Of a stretch of 64,000 bases of DNA, positions 28,856 through 38,413 are shown one piece after another. Position numbers and translations under genes: made by a program. Under the pieces are notes generated by a model, which saw only the letters and a list, made by a program, of their open reading frames with translations, was not told the DNA's origin and searched no databases. This DNA comes from an uncultured virus (IMG/VR IMGVR_UViG_3300037882_001470). Lineage: Duplodnaviria; Heunggongvirae; Uroviricota; Caudoviricetes. The stretch lies in IMG/VR virus record IMGVR_UViG_3300037882_001470. The stretch is one strand, 5' to 3'. The first letter of the stretch is position 1. Every line of letters begins with the position of its first letter.

Positions 28856-29515
28856 CTACACGAATCTGGCCGTATCGTCACTAGAATTTTGCAGGTCAAA
28901 CACAATACCTCTTAGAGTGTGACCTCCAAGGCTGATAGTGACGCGCTGATGGAATTGGAATTTGAACATGACTAATGTTTGGTGGTAAACCATTTCCCCT
29001 ACCTTTGCCTTGTCCGGGCCCATCATCGTATCCGGCGTGAATGACAATATCCCGAGGCCTTGGAACATTGGCTTACACGCTTGGAAGAACGCCAAAAGCG
29101 TATTGGCAATATTAGCGGAGGCTGCGGCATGTTCGTGTAAGCACGTGAGCATTAACGCAGTGTTTGCACGAGTTGTCAGGACCGCGATAGAGTTCGCCTC
29201 ATCATTACCCTCTGAGTCACCAATTACCTCGCTGCTGTAATTGAATTTACCGACATTGACATACACTGCGGGTATGTGTCCGCCGGTAATTGTAGCCCCG
29301 GCAGGTGCGAATGGCTCGATTTGAAGACGGGAGTTTTCATTACCCCACGTAAGCCCATCCAATACCTCAGCCATGTCTCCGTAATTATCCGTGGTGGACA
29401 TATGACCACGCGCTAACGTCAGAAACAGCTTGGTCAACCAGTTATTATCCGGCGACCTCCCAGCCAACAGCGACTTCAGTTGGCAGATATTTACGTGTGC
29501 GTCCGGGCAGCTCAT
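28856..29515 (-). CDS. Putative tail terminator/completion protein
   Basis: Immediately upstream of the sheath gene; IPAVYV motif and size fit tail completion proteins. Confidence 0.5.
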   Translation of the reverse strand: MSCPDAHVNICQLKSLLAGRSPDNNWLTKLFLTLARGHMSTTDNYGDMAEVLDGLTWGNENSRLQIEPFAPAGATITGGHIPAVYVNVGKFNYSSEVIGDSEGNDEANSIAVLTTRANTALMLTCLHEHAAASANIANTLLAFFQACKPMFQGLGILSFTPDTMMGPDKAKVGEMVYHQTLVMFKFQFHQRVTISLGGHTLRGIVFDLQNSSDDTARFV

Positions 29516-30375
29516 GTTTTGAATACTGGGTAGACAGGCATTTCGACAGGGATCTTGTAACGTAGATCGCTGGTGAGTAGTTTAGTAAGTTGCAAGTCCG
29601 TAGCCACTGGAACAATTCCTCGTGGGCCGTAATACGACTCCGTTTCGTTCACCACCCAACGCTCGTCTGTATGTGGGTCAACCACAACGTAATCGGGTTT
29701 TGGTTGTGGAAACGCCAGCATCCGTGCGGTCAGAGTGTTGTTCTGAATTTCCGATCCAGTCTCCGCAAGGTCTTGGAACCCGCGAGTGTTTTTGGTCATA
29801 CGCAGCCACGTAGACCAACCCCCGATAAACCCGTTTGGCATTCCAAACTCACTATCACCATGCATCTGACTAGCGCCTTGATCGAACTTGGACGAAGCCG
29901 GTCCATCAATAGAAGGTGCGAACATTACTACGAGACGTCCATGCCCCGCCATAGCTCCGCGTCTGTTGGAATACATTCCACGTAGCTCGGCTAATAAAAG
30001 GCTTCGCGTGATCTTCATCTCTCGCGGTGAGAGAATTCCATAAACACCGACTTGCGGGCCGATAAATCGCTTCGACACACCGTCCGCTGTGTCCGTGTAT
30101 GTTACAACGATTTTGTAATACAGCTCTGCGGGTGTAAGCTCAAAGGCATTATCCGGGAGGGTGTCCTGAATTGATTCGACGGAGGCTTGTAATCCATTCC
30201 CGGAGGTCACCGGTGTCCATGGAGTGTTTCCGGATGTGACTGATCGGAGGATATGCACTTTCGCCGCGCTCGCGTAATCCGGTAACACGATACTCCACAA
30301 TACCGTGACATCATTGTGCGCGTAGCGGGGAAGTGCTACGAATTTTACGACACGAATAGAGGGACGATTACTCAT
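29512..30375 (-). CDS. Putative neck/head-closure protein
   Basis: Position between connector and tail terminator; C-terminal FPQPKPDYVVVD...ERWVV motif. Confidence 0.5.
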   Translation of the reverse strand: MSNRPSIRVVKFVALPRYAHNDVTVLWSIVLPDYASAAKVHILRSVTSGNTPWTPVTSGNGLQASVESIQDTLPDNAFELTPAELYYKIVVTYTDTADGVSKRFIGPQVGVYGILSPREMKITRSLLLAELRGMYSNRRGAMAGHGRLVVMFAPSIDGPASSKFDQGASQMHGDSEFGMPNGFIGGWSTWLRMTKNTRGFQDLAETGSEIQNNTLTARMLAFPQPKPDYVVVDPHTDERWVVNETESYYGPRGIVPVATDLQLTKLLTSDLRYKIPVEMPVYPVFKT

Positions 30376-30833
30376 CCGATCCTACGCCAACCCATATTCC
30401 GATTACGTTGCTGCTTATACGCCAATGCACCAGTTTGAAACCGAGAATTAAATCGGTTCAGATTCGATGTGTAGTGCGCAACACGCCGTGCGGCGGCATC
30501 GTTTGTAACGCTACCGCCAGCAGACCCTACGTCGAGCGATTGTTCTTCGTGTAGGAGCCCTTGATACATGTGGTATAGAATTCCGTCGACCATGAATCCA
30601 AGGTTCGGGATCACCGAGGGGTTGAAGGCAACAACTGCAGGTTCAATCGCGTTGAAGTCCGCACACGCGTTTACCATTGCCTGCGCAATTGCCAGCGTCG
30701 TAAATTCAGACCCCGGGTCCAGTGCCCCACATGCACGCAGGTTATCCTTCACCGTCCCTCGGATTTGGTCCTCGGTGATAGCGGAGCTTGCGCTATTACT
30801 AAGCGCTTTGATGTGGTCTTCAAGTGTTGGCAT
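30372..30833 (-). CDS. Putative head-tail connector/adaptor
   Basis: 153 aa helical protein at the start of the neck cluster. Confidence 0.45.
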   Translation of the reverse strand: MPTLEDHIKALSNSASSAITEDQIRGTVKDNLRACGALDPGSEFTTLAIAQAMVNACADFNAIEPAVVAFNPSVIPNLGFMVDGILYHMYQGLLHEEQSLDVGSAGGSVTNDAAARRVAHYTSNLNRFNSRFQTGALAYKQQRNRNMGWRRIG

Positions 30834-31762
30834 TATAGTCCGTAGTAAGTGCGTATCTTATCGATATTGCGCATGTGCGGATCGGCCTCCGCGGTAGTCT
30901 CCTGGAAGTCCTCCGCAAAACGGCTCGGCGAGCTAAATGGGTGAAGCACGTTGTTATACAACCATCCGTGGTTTGCTCGGCTGTCCATATTCTCAATCGG
31001 AGACGCAGCGGCGTTGGTGTAGCGCCCGACCGACTTCTCCTGCATCAACCGATTGAGTGCGTGGCCTGCCAAAGTCTTCTGCACACGTAATGCGGCCATC
31101 TGGCGCTGAATAGGGAGCCTGTCCATTGGGTATTTAGCTGCCGCCAGTGCACGTTCAAGTGCTGCGTATTGTGCTTGGTAGCCGGACGTGACGTTTGTGA
31201 GCTTTCCTGCGGGAGTCGGGGATAGAAGTCCACCAGATGTCACAGGAGCTGCTGCGTTGTTCGCAGACGCCCCGAAAGAGAATCCTCCGGATGTTGGTGT
31301 CGTCGGCGCGGAGTAACCGCCCAGTAGATCTTTAAACGGCTCTGGCGATTTCAAAGCCGCGGCGGGTTCGGTAATTGTTGGGGTGTATGCTGGTCCGCCT
31401 ATGTCCCCGGGAGGTAAGTATGGTAGAGGCTTATCATCGGCCCCTCCAAACATCTTTCCGAGCCCATATGCTGTGCCTGCGCCAACTCCGAGTGATGTTA
31501 AGTGCGGAGCTGCGCGTCTCATAAGATTGGGGGCTACCTTTGCGGCGGGTGCTGCCGTAGTTGTGGCAGACGCGACACCTCGCGCCACTGCTTTCGCCGC
31601 GGAGTCAAACATCCCGGCGGATTTGATGTAATTGTGGAGGTTTTCATTATTGCGTGTGATCTCCAGAAGCTGTGCGGTCTGTGCAATTGAGAGTCCACGG
31701 CTCGCACATTTTTCAACAAATGCTTCGGCGAATTCCTTTGTGTTCGAGATGAGTTCAACCAT
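30833..31762 (-). CDS. Putative internal virion protein with K-x-A motifs
   Basis: Likely start MVELISN at 31762, downstream of the terminator; EKCAS and IKSAG motifs; Gly-zipper segment. Confidence 0.6.
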   Translation of the reverse strand: MVELISNTKEFAEAFVEKCASRGLSIAQTAQLLEITRNNENLHNYIKSAGMFDSAAKAVARGVASATTTAAPAAKVAPNLMRRAAPHLTSLGVGAGTAYGLGKMFGGADDKPLPYLPPGDIGGPAYTPTITEPAAALKSPEPFKDLLGGYSAPTTPTSGGFSFGASANNAAAPVTSGGLLSPTPAGKLTNVTSGYQAQYAALERALAAAKYPMDRLPIQRQMAALRVQKTLAGHALNRLMQEKSVGRYTNAAASPIENMDSRANHGWLYNNVLHPFSSPSRFAEDFQETTAEADPHMRNIDKIRTYYGL

Positions 31763-31793
31763 TGGGTAATTGTGACATGTGTGTCTATATTTG

Positions 31794-31834
31794 TGAAACA
31801 AAATCGGCGGCTTCCGTGAAGAAGCCGCCGATTT
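31794..31834 (-). terminator. Rho-independent terminator after the major capsid gene
   Basis: Perfect 14-bp stem aaatcggcggcttc (31801-31814) / gaagccgccgattt (31821-31834), followed by a T-rich tract on the minus strand. Confidence 0.85.
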
Positions 31835-31859
31835 GTGAATTGTAGCTATTGTCGGGCTA

Positions 31860-32789
31860 TTACGCTCCGAATGTCCACTTGCCGAGTGCGTTCGGATTAG
31901 CAATTGCGAATCCGACGGTTTCGTCAGCATACGTCGAGACGATGTCGTCTTCCTTTTTCACGTAGCACTGCGTTGGATTCATTTCGTAGGCGACGCCGAG
32001 GAAGTCGGTTGGCGCATACATCTGAATGACGCGATTCGGAATGAGTTCCGATTTGATGGTGACGGCGTGCGCCACGCCGAACGGGTTAATGTCCTTGAGA
32101 CCTTCCTTGAAGTTCTTCTCTGCGCCAGGACCGCCCCAGGCATCGTGGTCGAGAGCTCCGAGCAATCCGAGCGTCGTCCAGTTGGTGATGTAAACACCGG
32201 GACGAAGCTTGAACGCATTGAAGTACTCGGTTGCGCCGAGCCAGTTGGAGCGAGTGACACCGCCAGTCGAGCCGCGGTGGCGGAACCGACCATCAGCGCC
32301 CGCTGTGTTGAGCGCGCCGACGATCGAGTTGTGTGCACGGAACCAGTTCGCGTCCTCTTGGGTCTCCAGATCGAGCAGCGCGTTGTTGATTGTCAGCGCC
32401 TTGAGGTCCGTTTTCCACGTCGCGAACTCGCGGGCGTGTTTCCAGAACTTCGGCGTGATGTTGCGGTGGAAGCGGACTTCGAACCGATCGGCGGTCATAC
32501 GCGAGAGCTGCGTAGTGCCGTTATACGCCACTGTGATAGCGCCGGCCTGTGCGGCTTCCATCTCCTCGATGAGATACGGAAGATCGTCATCTGTGCTGTG
32601 TGGGATCAGACGCTGTGCGCGTTCGCCGAGAGGATCGAATGGCAGAATCTTGGCGCGTTGAATGCCTTTCTCACGAAGCCGGAGACGAATTGTTCGTCCG
32701 CCGCCTTCGGTTGCCATTTTCGTGAATGTCTCCGGTGACGAGTTGTTCAGCGCGTCCAGGAACTCCGCATTTGTGTATTCTTGACTCAT
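31860..32789 (-). CDS. Major capsid protein (HK97-fold expected)
   Basis: TIRLRLREKGIQRAKILP...DLETQEDANWF...TIKSELIP...FLGVAYE...ETVGFAIANP pattern; gene order protease-scaffold-decoration-MCP; strong terminator behind it. Confidence 0.8.
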   Translation of the reverse strand: MSQEYTNAEFLDALNNSSPETFTKMATEGGGRTIRLRLREKGIQRAKILPFDPLGERAQRLIPHSTDDDLPYLIEEMEAAQAGAITVAYNGTTQLSRMTADRFEVRFHRNITPKFWKHAREFATWKTDLKALTINNALLDLETQEDANWFRAHNSIVGALNTAGADGRFRHRGSTGGVTRSNWLGATEYFNAFKLRPGVYITNWTTLGLLGALDHDAWGGPGAEKNFKEGLKDINPFGVAHAVTIKSELIPNRVIQMYAPTDFLGVAYEMNPTQCYVKKEDDIVSTYADETVGFAIANPNALGKWTFGA

Positions 32790-32831
32790 AGTCGTGTTAT
32801 CTGTTGTTGTGTTTTACGTTTCAGATGACAC

Positions 32832-33503
32832 TTACGGTGCTACCGTCTTGCGGAGCTGTGTCACGAATGTGATGACGTTGACGACGCCGAGTACTCCCGG
32901 CGTGATGTTGGAGACCTCGGCCTGAATGTCGAGGACAGGTGTGACCGCTGGGATGTTGGTCGAAGACGCCCCGACTGGGACATTCTCGTAGCCATATGTG
33001 GCACCTCCAGATGGAGCACCCGTAATGAGTGTCGAAGTATCGACCGCCGCCGCTTGAATTGCGCTGAGGCTGCAATAGCCGACCTGCACTTCAGTTGCGG
33101 AGTTTGTCAACTTCTTGACACTGCCTGTAACGCCGTCCGGCGTGAGCATGTCGCCGGGCAGATAGGTGTCGGCAGCTTTGTAGTAGCCGATCTGCAACGT
33201 GCGAGGTTCCGTGAGTTCGATAACGGTGAGGCGATGCGGGTTCGTTGCCGTTCCCATACCGGTGCCGCGTGTCGCCTCGTCGGTGCTGTCGTTGACCGCA
33301 AGGAACGGACCACCGTTACCGGCGACCCATCCGAGGACGAGAAGTTTTGATGCTGCGTCAATTGAGCAGAGCTGGCCGGACAGGATTGTTACTCCCGGTG
33401 TAATTGGGAGCGTCTTGCCGAGCCCGTCTGTGACGTTGTGAAGGTTCTTGTCCAAGAACCGAATGCGCGGTTTGGCGCGCATATTTGAAAGACCTGAAGT
33501 CAT
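32832..33503 (-). CDS. Capsid decoration/cement protein
   Basis: Beta-tulip-like pattern (SGQLCSI...YLPGDMLT...G.VK...VGYC) immediately upstream of the MCP. Confidence 0.6.
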   Translation of the reverse strand: MTSGLSNMRAKPRIRFLDKNLHNVTDGLGKTLPITPGVTILSGQLCSIDAASKLLVLGWVAGNGGPFLAVNDSTDEATRGTGMGTATNPHRLTVIELTEPRTLQIGYYKAADTYLPGDMLTPDGVTGSVKKLTNSATEVQVGYCSLSAIQAAAVDTSTLITGAPSGGATYGYENVPVGASSTNIPAVTPVLDIQAEVSNITPGVLGVVNVITFVTQLRKTVAP

Positions 33504-33593
33504 TGTGCGTGTTTGTTGTGTTTGGTGCGACGAAGGCTGTTACCGCCTATCGCGTGGTGTATCTATCGTGGCTATGTCAGAATCGTCCGATGG

Positions 33594-33989
33594 TTACCGT
33601 CGCCGGAACCAGTTGTCGTCCGCGTCTGGATTGCGTTGCACGCCAGAAATATCTACGAGTTTACCTGTCTCGGTCGCTGTCTTTAACAAGACCGATTCAA
33701 GTTGCCCAAATGCAAGGTCGGCCAGTTGGCGCATACACTCTGCAGGGCTACTCGTCATTAAATGTGTAGTTGCTGTTTTGACATGCGCCGGAATTAGCCC
33801 GAGTCGTTCCGCTCGCGCCAATAGCGTCTTAACGGTTTCGACTGGAACCGCCTCCACCGAGGCAAGCTTCTTTTGAAGATCCGCAATGGACTGATTGGCG
33901 ACACGTTCGCGCGCTTCCGAAGCCGAGAGGAGCTGGATGGCTTCTCTGGCTTTCGAAACGACTGGCGCTAGAACTTCGTCAAAGACCAT
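33594..33989 (-). CDS. Head assembly/scaffold-associated protein
   Basis: Helical 131 aa protein with KKLAS, VKTAT and LKTAT motifs. Confidence 0.55.
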   Translation of the reverse strand: MVFDEVLAPVVSKAREAIQLLSASEARERVANQSIADLQKKLASVEAVPVETVKTLLARAERLGLIPAHVKTATTHLMTSSPAECMRQLADLAFGQLESVLLKTATETGKLVDISGVQRNPDADDNWFRRR

Positions 33990-35080
33990 TACGCGGGTTT
34001 GAGGATTTCGTCGACGAACGCGGAAGCGGTTTTGGCCATTTCTTCCGCTTCGGCTGGGGCAGCTTCAACAGCCGCACCTTCCGGCGAATCGCCCATAATC
34101 GCTTGCAAAATCTGCTGTGCCTGTTCAGGCGTGGCTTGTCCCGACTGGACGAGCTGCTCCAGCGCTGCTACGATCTCTTCGAGCTGTGGCGAAGACCCTT
34201 CGGCGGGTGGCGCTTCCTCGGGCATTGCTCCGGAGGCTTCATCAATTGGTGCTGGCATTGCTTCGGGAGGCATCGCACCACCTTCCGGCGGCATGGCTTC
34301 CGCGGTTTTTGCGACGGGCTTGCACGATTGTAGATATTGAACGGCTGCGGCGTGCCCACCTTGGATATAAGCCAGTTGTTCTGGAGTCGCGGTGGCCGCG
34401 AGCTTCTCCATGACCGCGGCGGTTTTCACGGCGATAATACGTTCGTGCACTGGAAGTGCTTCGTAAGCTGCTGCGACTTCCGCGGCGACCTTCGCCTGCG
34501 CCGCTTCGGCGTTCGCGGCAGTATCCATTTGAACGACGTGCTCGCATGCACGTTTGATCATTTCCTCCGCAGCCTCCGCTCCGAGTTCGGCCTGAAGTTG
34601 TGACTGAACAAATTTGCGCCCGGCGGACGTGGCGAGGACAGATGCGATTTTCTCAATGTCGGTATTGGAAACCTTCGTGGTGGTTTCCGTGGGTGTTGGT
34701 GTAGCGACAGGCGTAACCGCCGGTGCTGGAGTCGATGGTTTGCCGGACACAGCCTGCAACACTTTGGCGACTTTCGATTTGAGCGAATCGGTCTCGGAAA
34801 TCGTATTCGCAGTTGTGTCGCCGTTGAGCGCGGAAGGCGCACCATTGCCGACTTCATTCGAAACCGGAACCGAAGACTGGATACCGGTAGTGCTGGTGGT
34901 CGAATTAGCGGGCTTCTGCGCGGCGAGTCCGGGCTCTTCGCCTTTAGCCGTTGTGTTGGTAGTTGTTTCGCCATTTGCGTCGGTCATGCTGTCCACCGAG
35001 GCGTTGCTGGCGGTTTTGGCGGAGCCCGCGCGCGTCGCTTTGATGATATCCCTGAGTTGTGGCAGTGAGAGTGTGTTCAT
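33989..35080 (-). CDS. Putative capsid scaffolding protein
   Basis: Low-complexity A/E/P/T-rich protein with about 10 K-x-A motifs, between protease and MCP. Confidence 0.65.
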   Translation of the reverse strand: MNTLSLPQLRDIIKATRAGSAKTASNASVDSMTDANGETTTNTTAKGEEPGLAAQKPANSTTSTTGIQSSVPVSNEVGNGAPSALNGDTTANTISETDSLKSKVAKVLQAVSGKPSTPAPAVTPVATPTPTETTTKVSNTDIEKIASVLATSAGRKFVQSQLQAELGAEAAEEMIKRACEHVVQMDTAANAEAAQAKVAAEVAAAYEALPVHERIIAVKTAAVMEKLAATATPEQLAYIQGGHAAAVQYLQSCKPVAKTAEAMPPEGGAMPPEAMPAPIDEASGAMPEEAPPAEGSSPQLEEIVAALEQLVQSGQATPEQAQQILQAIMGDSPEGAAVEAAPAEAEEMAKTASAFVDEILKPA

Positions 35081-35115
35081 TGGTATTGGTATTTAATTGT
35101 AATCTGATTACTTGG

Positions 35116-36585
35116 TCAATGGAATAAAGCAACTTTTTTAATAGTAGAGTGAAGCTCTACATTATCGTTAATTGCGAGATTCATATCGTGTATTGCCGCG
35201 ATTTGGTAAAGCCCATAGGCCGCGGCCAACCCTTTGGAAGTGGAATTAGCGACAGACAGCGCGGAAGCCGTTTTAATTGCAATACCGCGCATAGTGTTTT
35301 CCAGCTCAGGTAGTGGTGTGTATCGGGTTGACCTTACAATTCGGTTGTGGGTATCCGACATATCGAGACCATACACCTCTGCAAGCGTATTAATTGCTGC
35401 AGCAACTTTTACGTTATCATTAGGGTCTGGGGTAGCTCCCGCTCCGCTAAATTGATCTACATCATATTCGGTGAAGTCGTATTCGTTGCACATACGAACT
35501 CCATTGCCGACTAATGCAACAGCAGTTTTAATGTCCGTGTCTGTCTGGATTTCACTGACACTACGATCCAAGGCCAGAGCATAAAAAAGAACAGGAGGCA
35601 GTATGATTCGACGCGATGCCAGCTTATGGAAAACCGACTCAACACGTAGCCCCCGCAATTCATTAACGGCGGCTTCTTCAATTGTGAACGCATGCTTCGT
35701 ATGCAATTCCGCAAACAGACCGTCAGTGATGATGGACGTGGATATCTCGCGTGAGGTAAGATGCGCAGATACTCGTTCTTCCAGTTGCGACAAAGTGCTC
35801 GCAGTCTTACTGTATTTACCGAGATCGTATTCCTTAGACGACGCGGTCTTAACATGTGTCACAGCAGACGAATACCCTGCAGATACGTCCGTATGCGCCG
35901 CCACTTTCTCTCCACCGGGAAGTCGGTAGGACAGATAATACGCAATACGACAGGCTGGACGCTTTACACGTGAGATGTCGAAGAACGTTGGCTCGGGGTT
36001 CCAGACGTATGCGTATTTCCGGCGCTCTGGAATGTATTGCCCCTTCCGACGTAACATGTGGTCACAGTAATAGTCTGGGGTGCGCGCGAAATGGTTGCAA
36101 CACTCGCTGACATCTCCCGCGACTTTACATCCCATAGACCATCCGAGTTCTTTACCAGCTTTAGCGTCCTCGTAGGCGTCAGGCATCTTGTCCTTGTCGA
36201 CGTGGACAATCAATTCGGCCCGGTGCATTTCTGGGTTCCACGCTGCAAACTTTACGTTACCTTTCGAAAACTTTCGGTCGTGATGTTTATGCTCTTCGTA
36301 AACCGCGCCATGCGAAACAAAGGTGGCAACCTTCCGTTGCGTTGCGGTATCGCTGAATGCGTCCCGATTACGATTGAACAAATACCACGGCGTGCATCCG
36401 TAAGCAATTAAGTGGACGCCGAAGTGCCGGTCATCCGGTGCGTTATTACGCCAGACATCGCTGGTTACGACCGACGACCGTGCGCTCTTCACCATGTCGT
36501 GTGGTGAGAGATATTCGGATAGTCGACCTCCGCAGCTACTCACCAAGTCGAGTTGGGAGTCGGTTCTGGCGTATTTTACGATCAT
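35116..36585 (-). CDS. Prohead (capsid maturation) serine protease
   Basis: NRNRDAF...VYEEH (His)...G.V......N...ELIV...WSMGCKV (Ser), Cys/His cluster, then FFDIS.V..PA. Matches the large-myovirus prohead protease pattern. Confidence 0.8.
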   Translation of the reverse strand: MIVKYARTDSQLDLVSSCGGRLSEYLSPHDMVKSARSSVVTSDVWRNNAPDDRHFGVHLIAYGCTPWYLFNRNRDAFSDTATQRKVATFVSHGAVYEEHKHHDRKFSKGNVKFAAWNPEMHRAELIVHVDKDKMPDAYEDAKAGKELGWSMGCKVAGDVSECCNHFARTPDYYCDHMLRRKGQYIPERRKYAYVWNPEPTFFDISRVKRPACRIAYYLSYRLPGGEKVAAHTDVSAGYSSAVTHVKTASSKEYDLGKYSKTASTLSQLEERVSAHLTSREISTSIITDGLFAELHTKHAFTIEEAAVNELRGLRVESVFHKLASRRIILPPVLFYALALDRSVSEIQTDTDIKTAVALVGNGVRMCNEYDFTEYDVDQFSGAGATPDPNDNVKVAAAINTLAEVYGLDMSDTHNRIVRSTRYTPLPELENTMRGIAIKTASALSVANSTSKGLAAAYGLYQIAAIHDMNLAINDNVELHSTIKKVALFH

Positions 36586-38045
36586 TGTTTATTACGCGAC
36601 TGTAGGTAGCTGGCGAGGGCTGCGAGTGTACCTGCTCCCGCCAATCCAGCACCGGTGCGTGCCAAGTTTGAGCGTCCGCCAGTTGCCTGGATGGCTTTAC
36701 GTGCGTTCTCAAACGATAGCGCCTTACGTATGGCTTCAAGCGACTTCGCTTTGTTTTTGCGCAGAATCTCCGCTGCACCTCTACGGACAGCCTCGGCCTG
36801 GTCAGCGGTGTGTGCCTGATATGGAATGTTTTTCACCACGTTTCCAGCCGAGTCCGTCACACCCTTTCGAATAGCTTGTTCACCCGCCTTCGCAGCTTGC
36901 GCGCGGATCGTTGCGTTCAATGCTTCTTTACGTGCGGCCTCTGTGCCTTCAGGGGATGCCAGTTGTAGCCCTTCACGCAACGCCGTCCGGAATCCACCTC
37001 CATTCGGGTCACCGGCTTGTGGCAGTTTCGAGGCTGCCCAGTGCATTGCGGCTCGTGTTTTATCTTGCAACCCGAATCTCATTCTATCGACCAGTCCAAG
37101 CCGAGTTGCCGGACTGTTAGGCGCAGGTAGCATGGAACGAATACTATGTGCCGCGTCTGTAAGACCGGATCGATCTGATAGTCCACCTGCGATTTGCTTA
37201 GTCCGCTGCCACAGTCCCGCTCCGTGTGATACGTTCGCTTCATTGAGAAGACGCTTCACCGCGGCAAGCCCTGATGCGCGATCGCCGCCAACCGAGTGTG
37301 CATTGATGAGTTCATCGGCCAAGCGTTGTTTATCACCAATTACACTCTTGGCGGCGTGCGTGAACGCCGTCTGCCCCTTGGAAGCGATTGCATCCAAGTC
37401 CACGCCTTTGAAGTTGTGCTCAACACCCCGCAATTGCCCGACGATATGGGATTTTAATTTGGACGTATTAGCGGAGGTGGTGGCGTTATCAATCAGCCCG
37501 GCAAAGGCCCCTCCTCCAGTTTGAGCGGCGCCAGACAACGGTTTAACCAGAGACCGAAATGCGGATATAGCACGGTCATTATTACCGAACACCATTCCCG
37601 GATTCGCAGCGCTCAACGCCGCTACCCCGCCTAGAGCAGCGCCACCCGCTGGGCCGTATTTCATTGCACCGTCCGCAAACGAGTTGACGGATTCCTTTAC
37701 TTCATCACGGGCGTTTCCGGGGATCGGGTTCTTGACGTAATCAAGGCCCTTATTCAACGCCATGTAACCGGCACCGCCAATTGCCGCGGCACCAAGTCCA
37801 TTACGGATGATACGCATCCGACGCGCGCCCGGTGTCTCTCCATATCGTGCGCCGCCAAGACTTGTGGCAACAGCACCGGCACCTCCGGCAGCCAACGCTG
37901 CAGTAAGTCCTTTTGCCAGATCGGGATTCGTTTGCAGGTATTCTTTTACTTTCTGGACGTGTGGGTTGTTAAACACGGCGCCGACACCGTCAGCGGCCTT
38001 GCCCATTAGATTGGTCGCGCCGGTTTGTAGATCAGAGAGATTCAT
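36582..38045 (-). CDS. Gly/Ala-rich putative internal/ejected virion protein
   Basis: Several Gly-zipper/hydrophobic segments (AALAAGGAGAVA, GAGLAGAGTLAALA); lies in the head module. Confidence 0.55.
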   Translation of the reverse strand: MNLSDLQTGATNLMGKAADGVGAVFNNPHVQKVKEYLQTNPDLAKGLTAALAAGGAGAVATSLGGARYGETPGARRMRIIRNGLGAAAIGGAGYMALNKGLDYVKNPIPGNARDEVKESVNSFADGAMKYGPAGGAALGGVAALSAANPGMVFGNNDRAISAFRSLVKPLSGAAQTGGGAFAGLIDNATTSANTSKLKSHIVGQLRGVEHNFKGVDLDAIASKGQTAFTHAAKSVIGDKQRLADELINAHSVGGDRASGLAAVKRLLNEANVSHGAGLWQRTKQIAGGLSDRSGLTDAAHSIRSMLPAPNSPATRLGLVDRMRFGLQDKTRAAMHWAASKLPQAGDPNGGGFRTALREGLQLASPEGTEAARKEALNATIRAQAAKAGEQAIRKGVTDSAGNVVKNIPYQAHTADQAEAVRRGAAEILRKNKAKSLEAIRKALSFENARKAIQATGGRSNLARTGAGLAGAGTLAALASYLQSRNKQ

Positions 38046-38413
38046 TAAGGTGTTGTAGAGATTGGAACCACCGTTGTCGAGTCAGCTTCCGGGTCAAAGG
38101 TTTCGGCAATCGTAAGCATGGCGGTCCTGATTCGATTGTTCACCTCAACAGCCCACGCTGTTGCCTTCTCGATGTTGTCGGCTCCTTCGAAACGTTCGAT
38201 AAATGGCAACTGACTTGGAAAATTCAATGACCTGGCGTCCAACGCAAATGAGGTTGATGACATTGGAATTGTTCCTCCGAGCGCGATCGTCACGTCGCCA
38301 TTGTGTCGTAGCATGTCCAACTCACGATCCGTAGCCCAATAGTCTTGCGGAAGCTTTTCAATTTTCACCGTCACAACACCGGCTACCTTAGCTCTTTGAA
38401 CTACGAGATTCAT
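38045..38413 (-). CDS. Hypothetical virion protein
   Basis: 122 aa coupled ORF. Confidence 0.55.
   Translation of the reverse strand: MNLVVQRAKVAGVVTVKIEKLPQDYWATDRELDMLRHNGDVTIALGGTIPMSSTSFALDARSLNFPSQLPFIERFEGADNIEKATAWAVEVNNRIRTAMLTIAETFDPEADSTTVVPISTTP

Noticed and set aside
31763..31930. N-terminal extension of ORF 30833-31930
   Set aside because: Runs through the MCP end and its terminator; ATG 31762 is more plausible. Track starts for 8040-8984, 41354-43852 and 61588-62034 were shortened because they overlap upstream genes.
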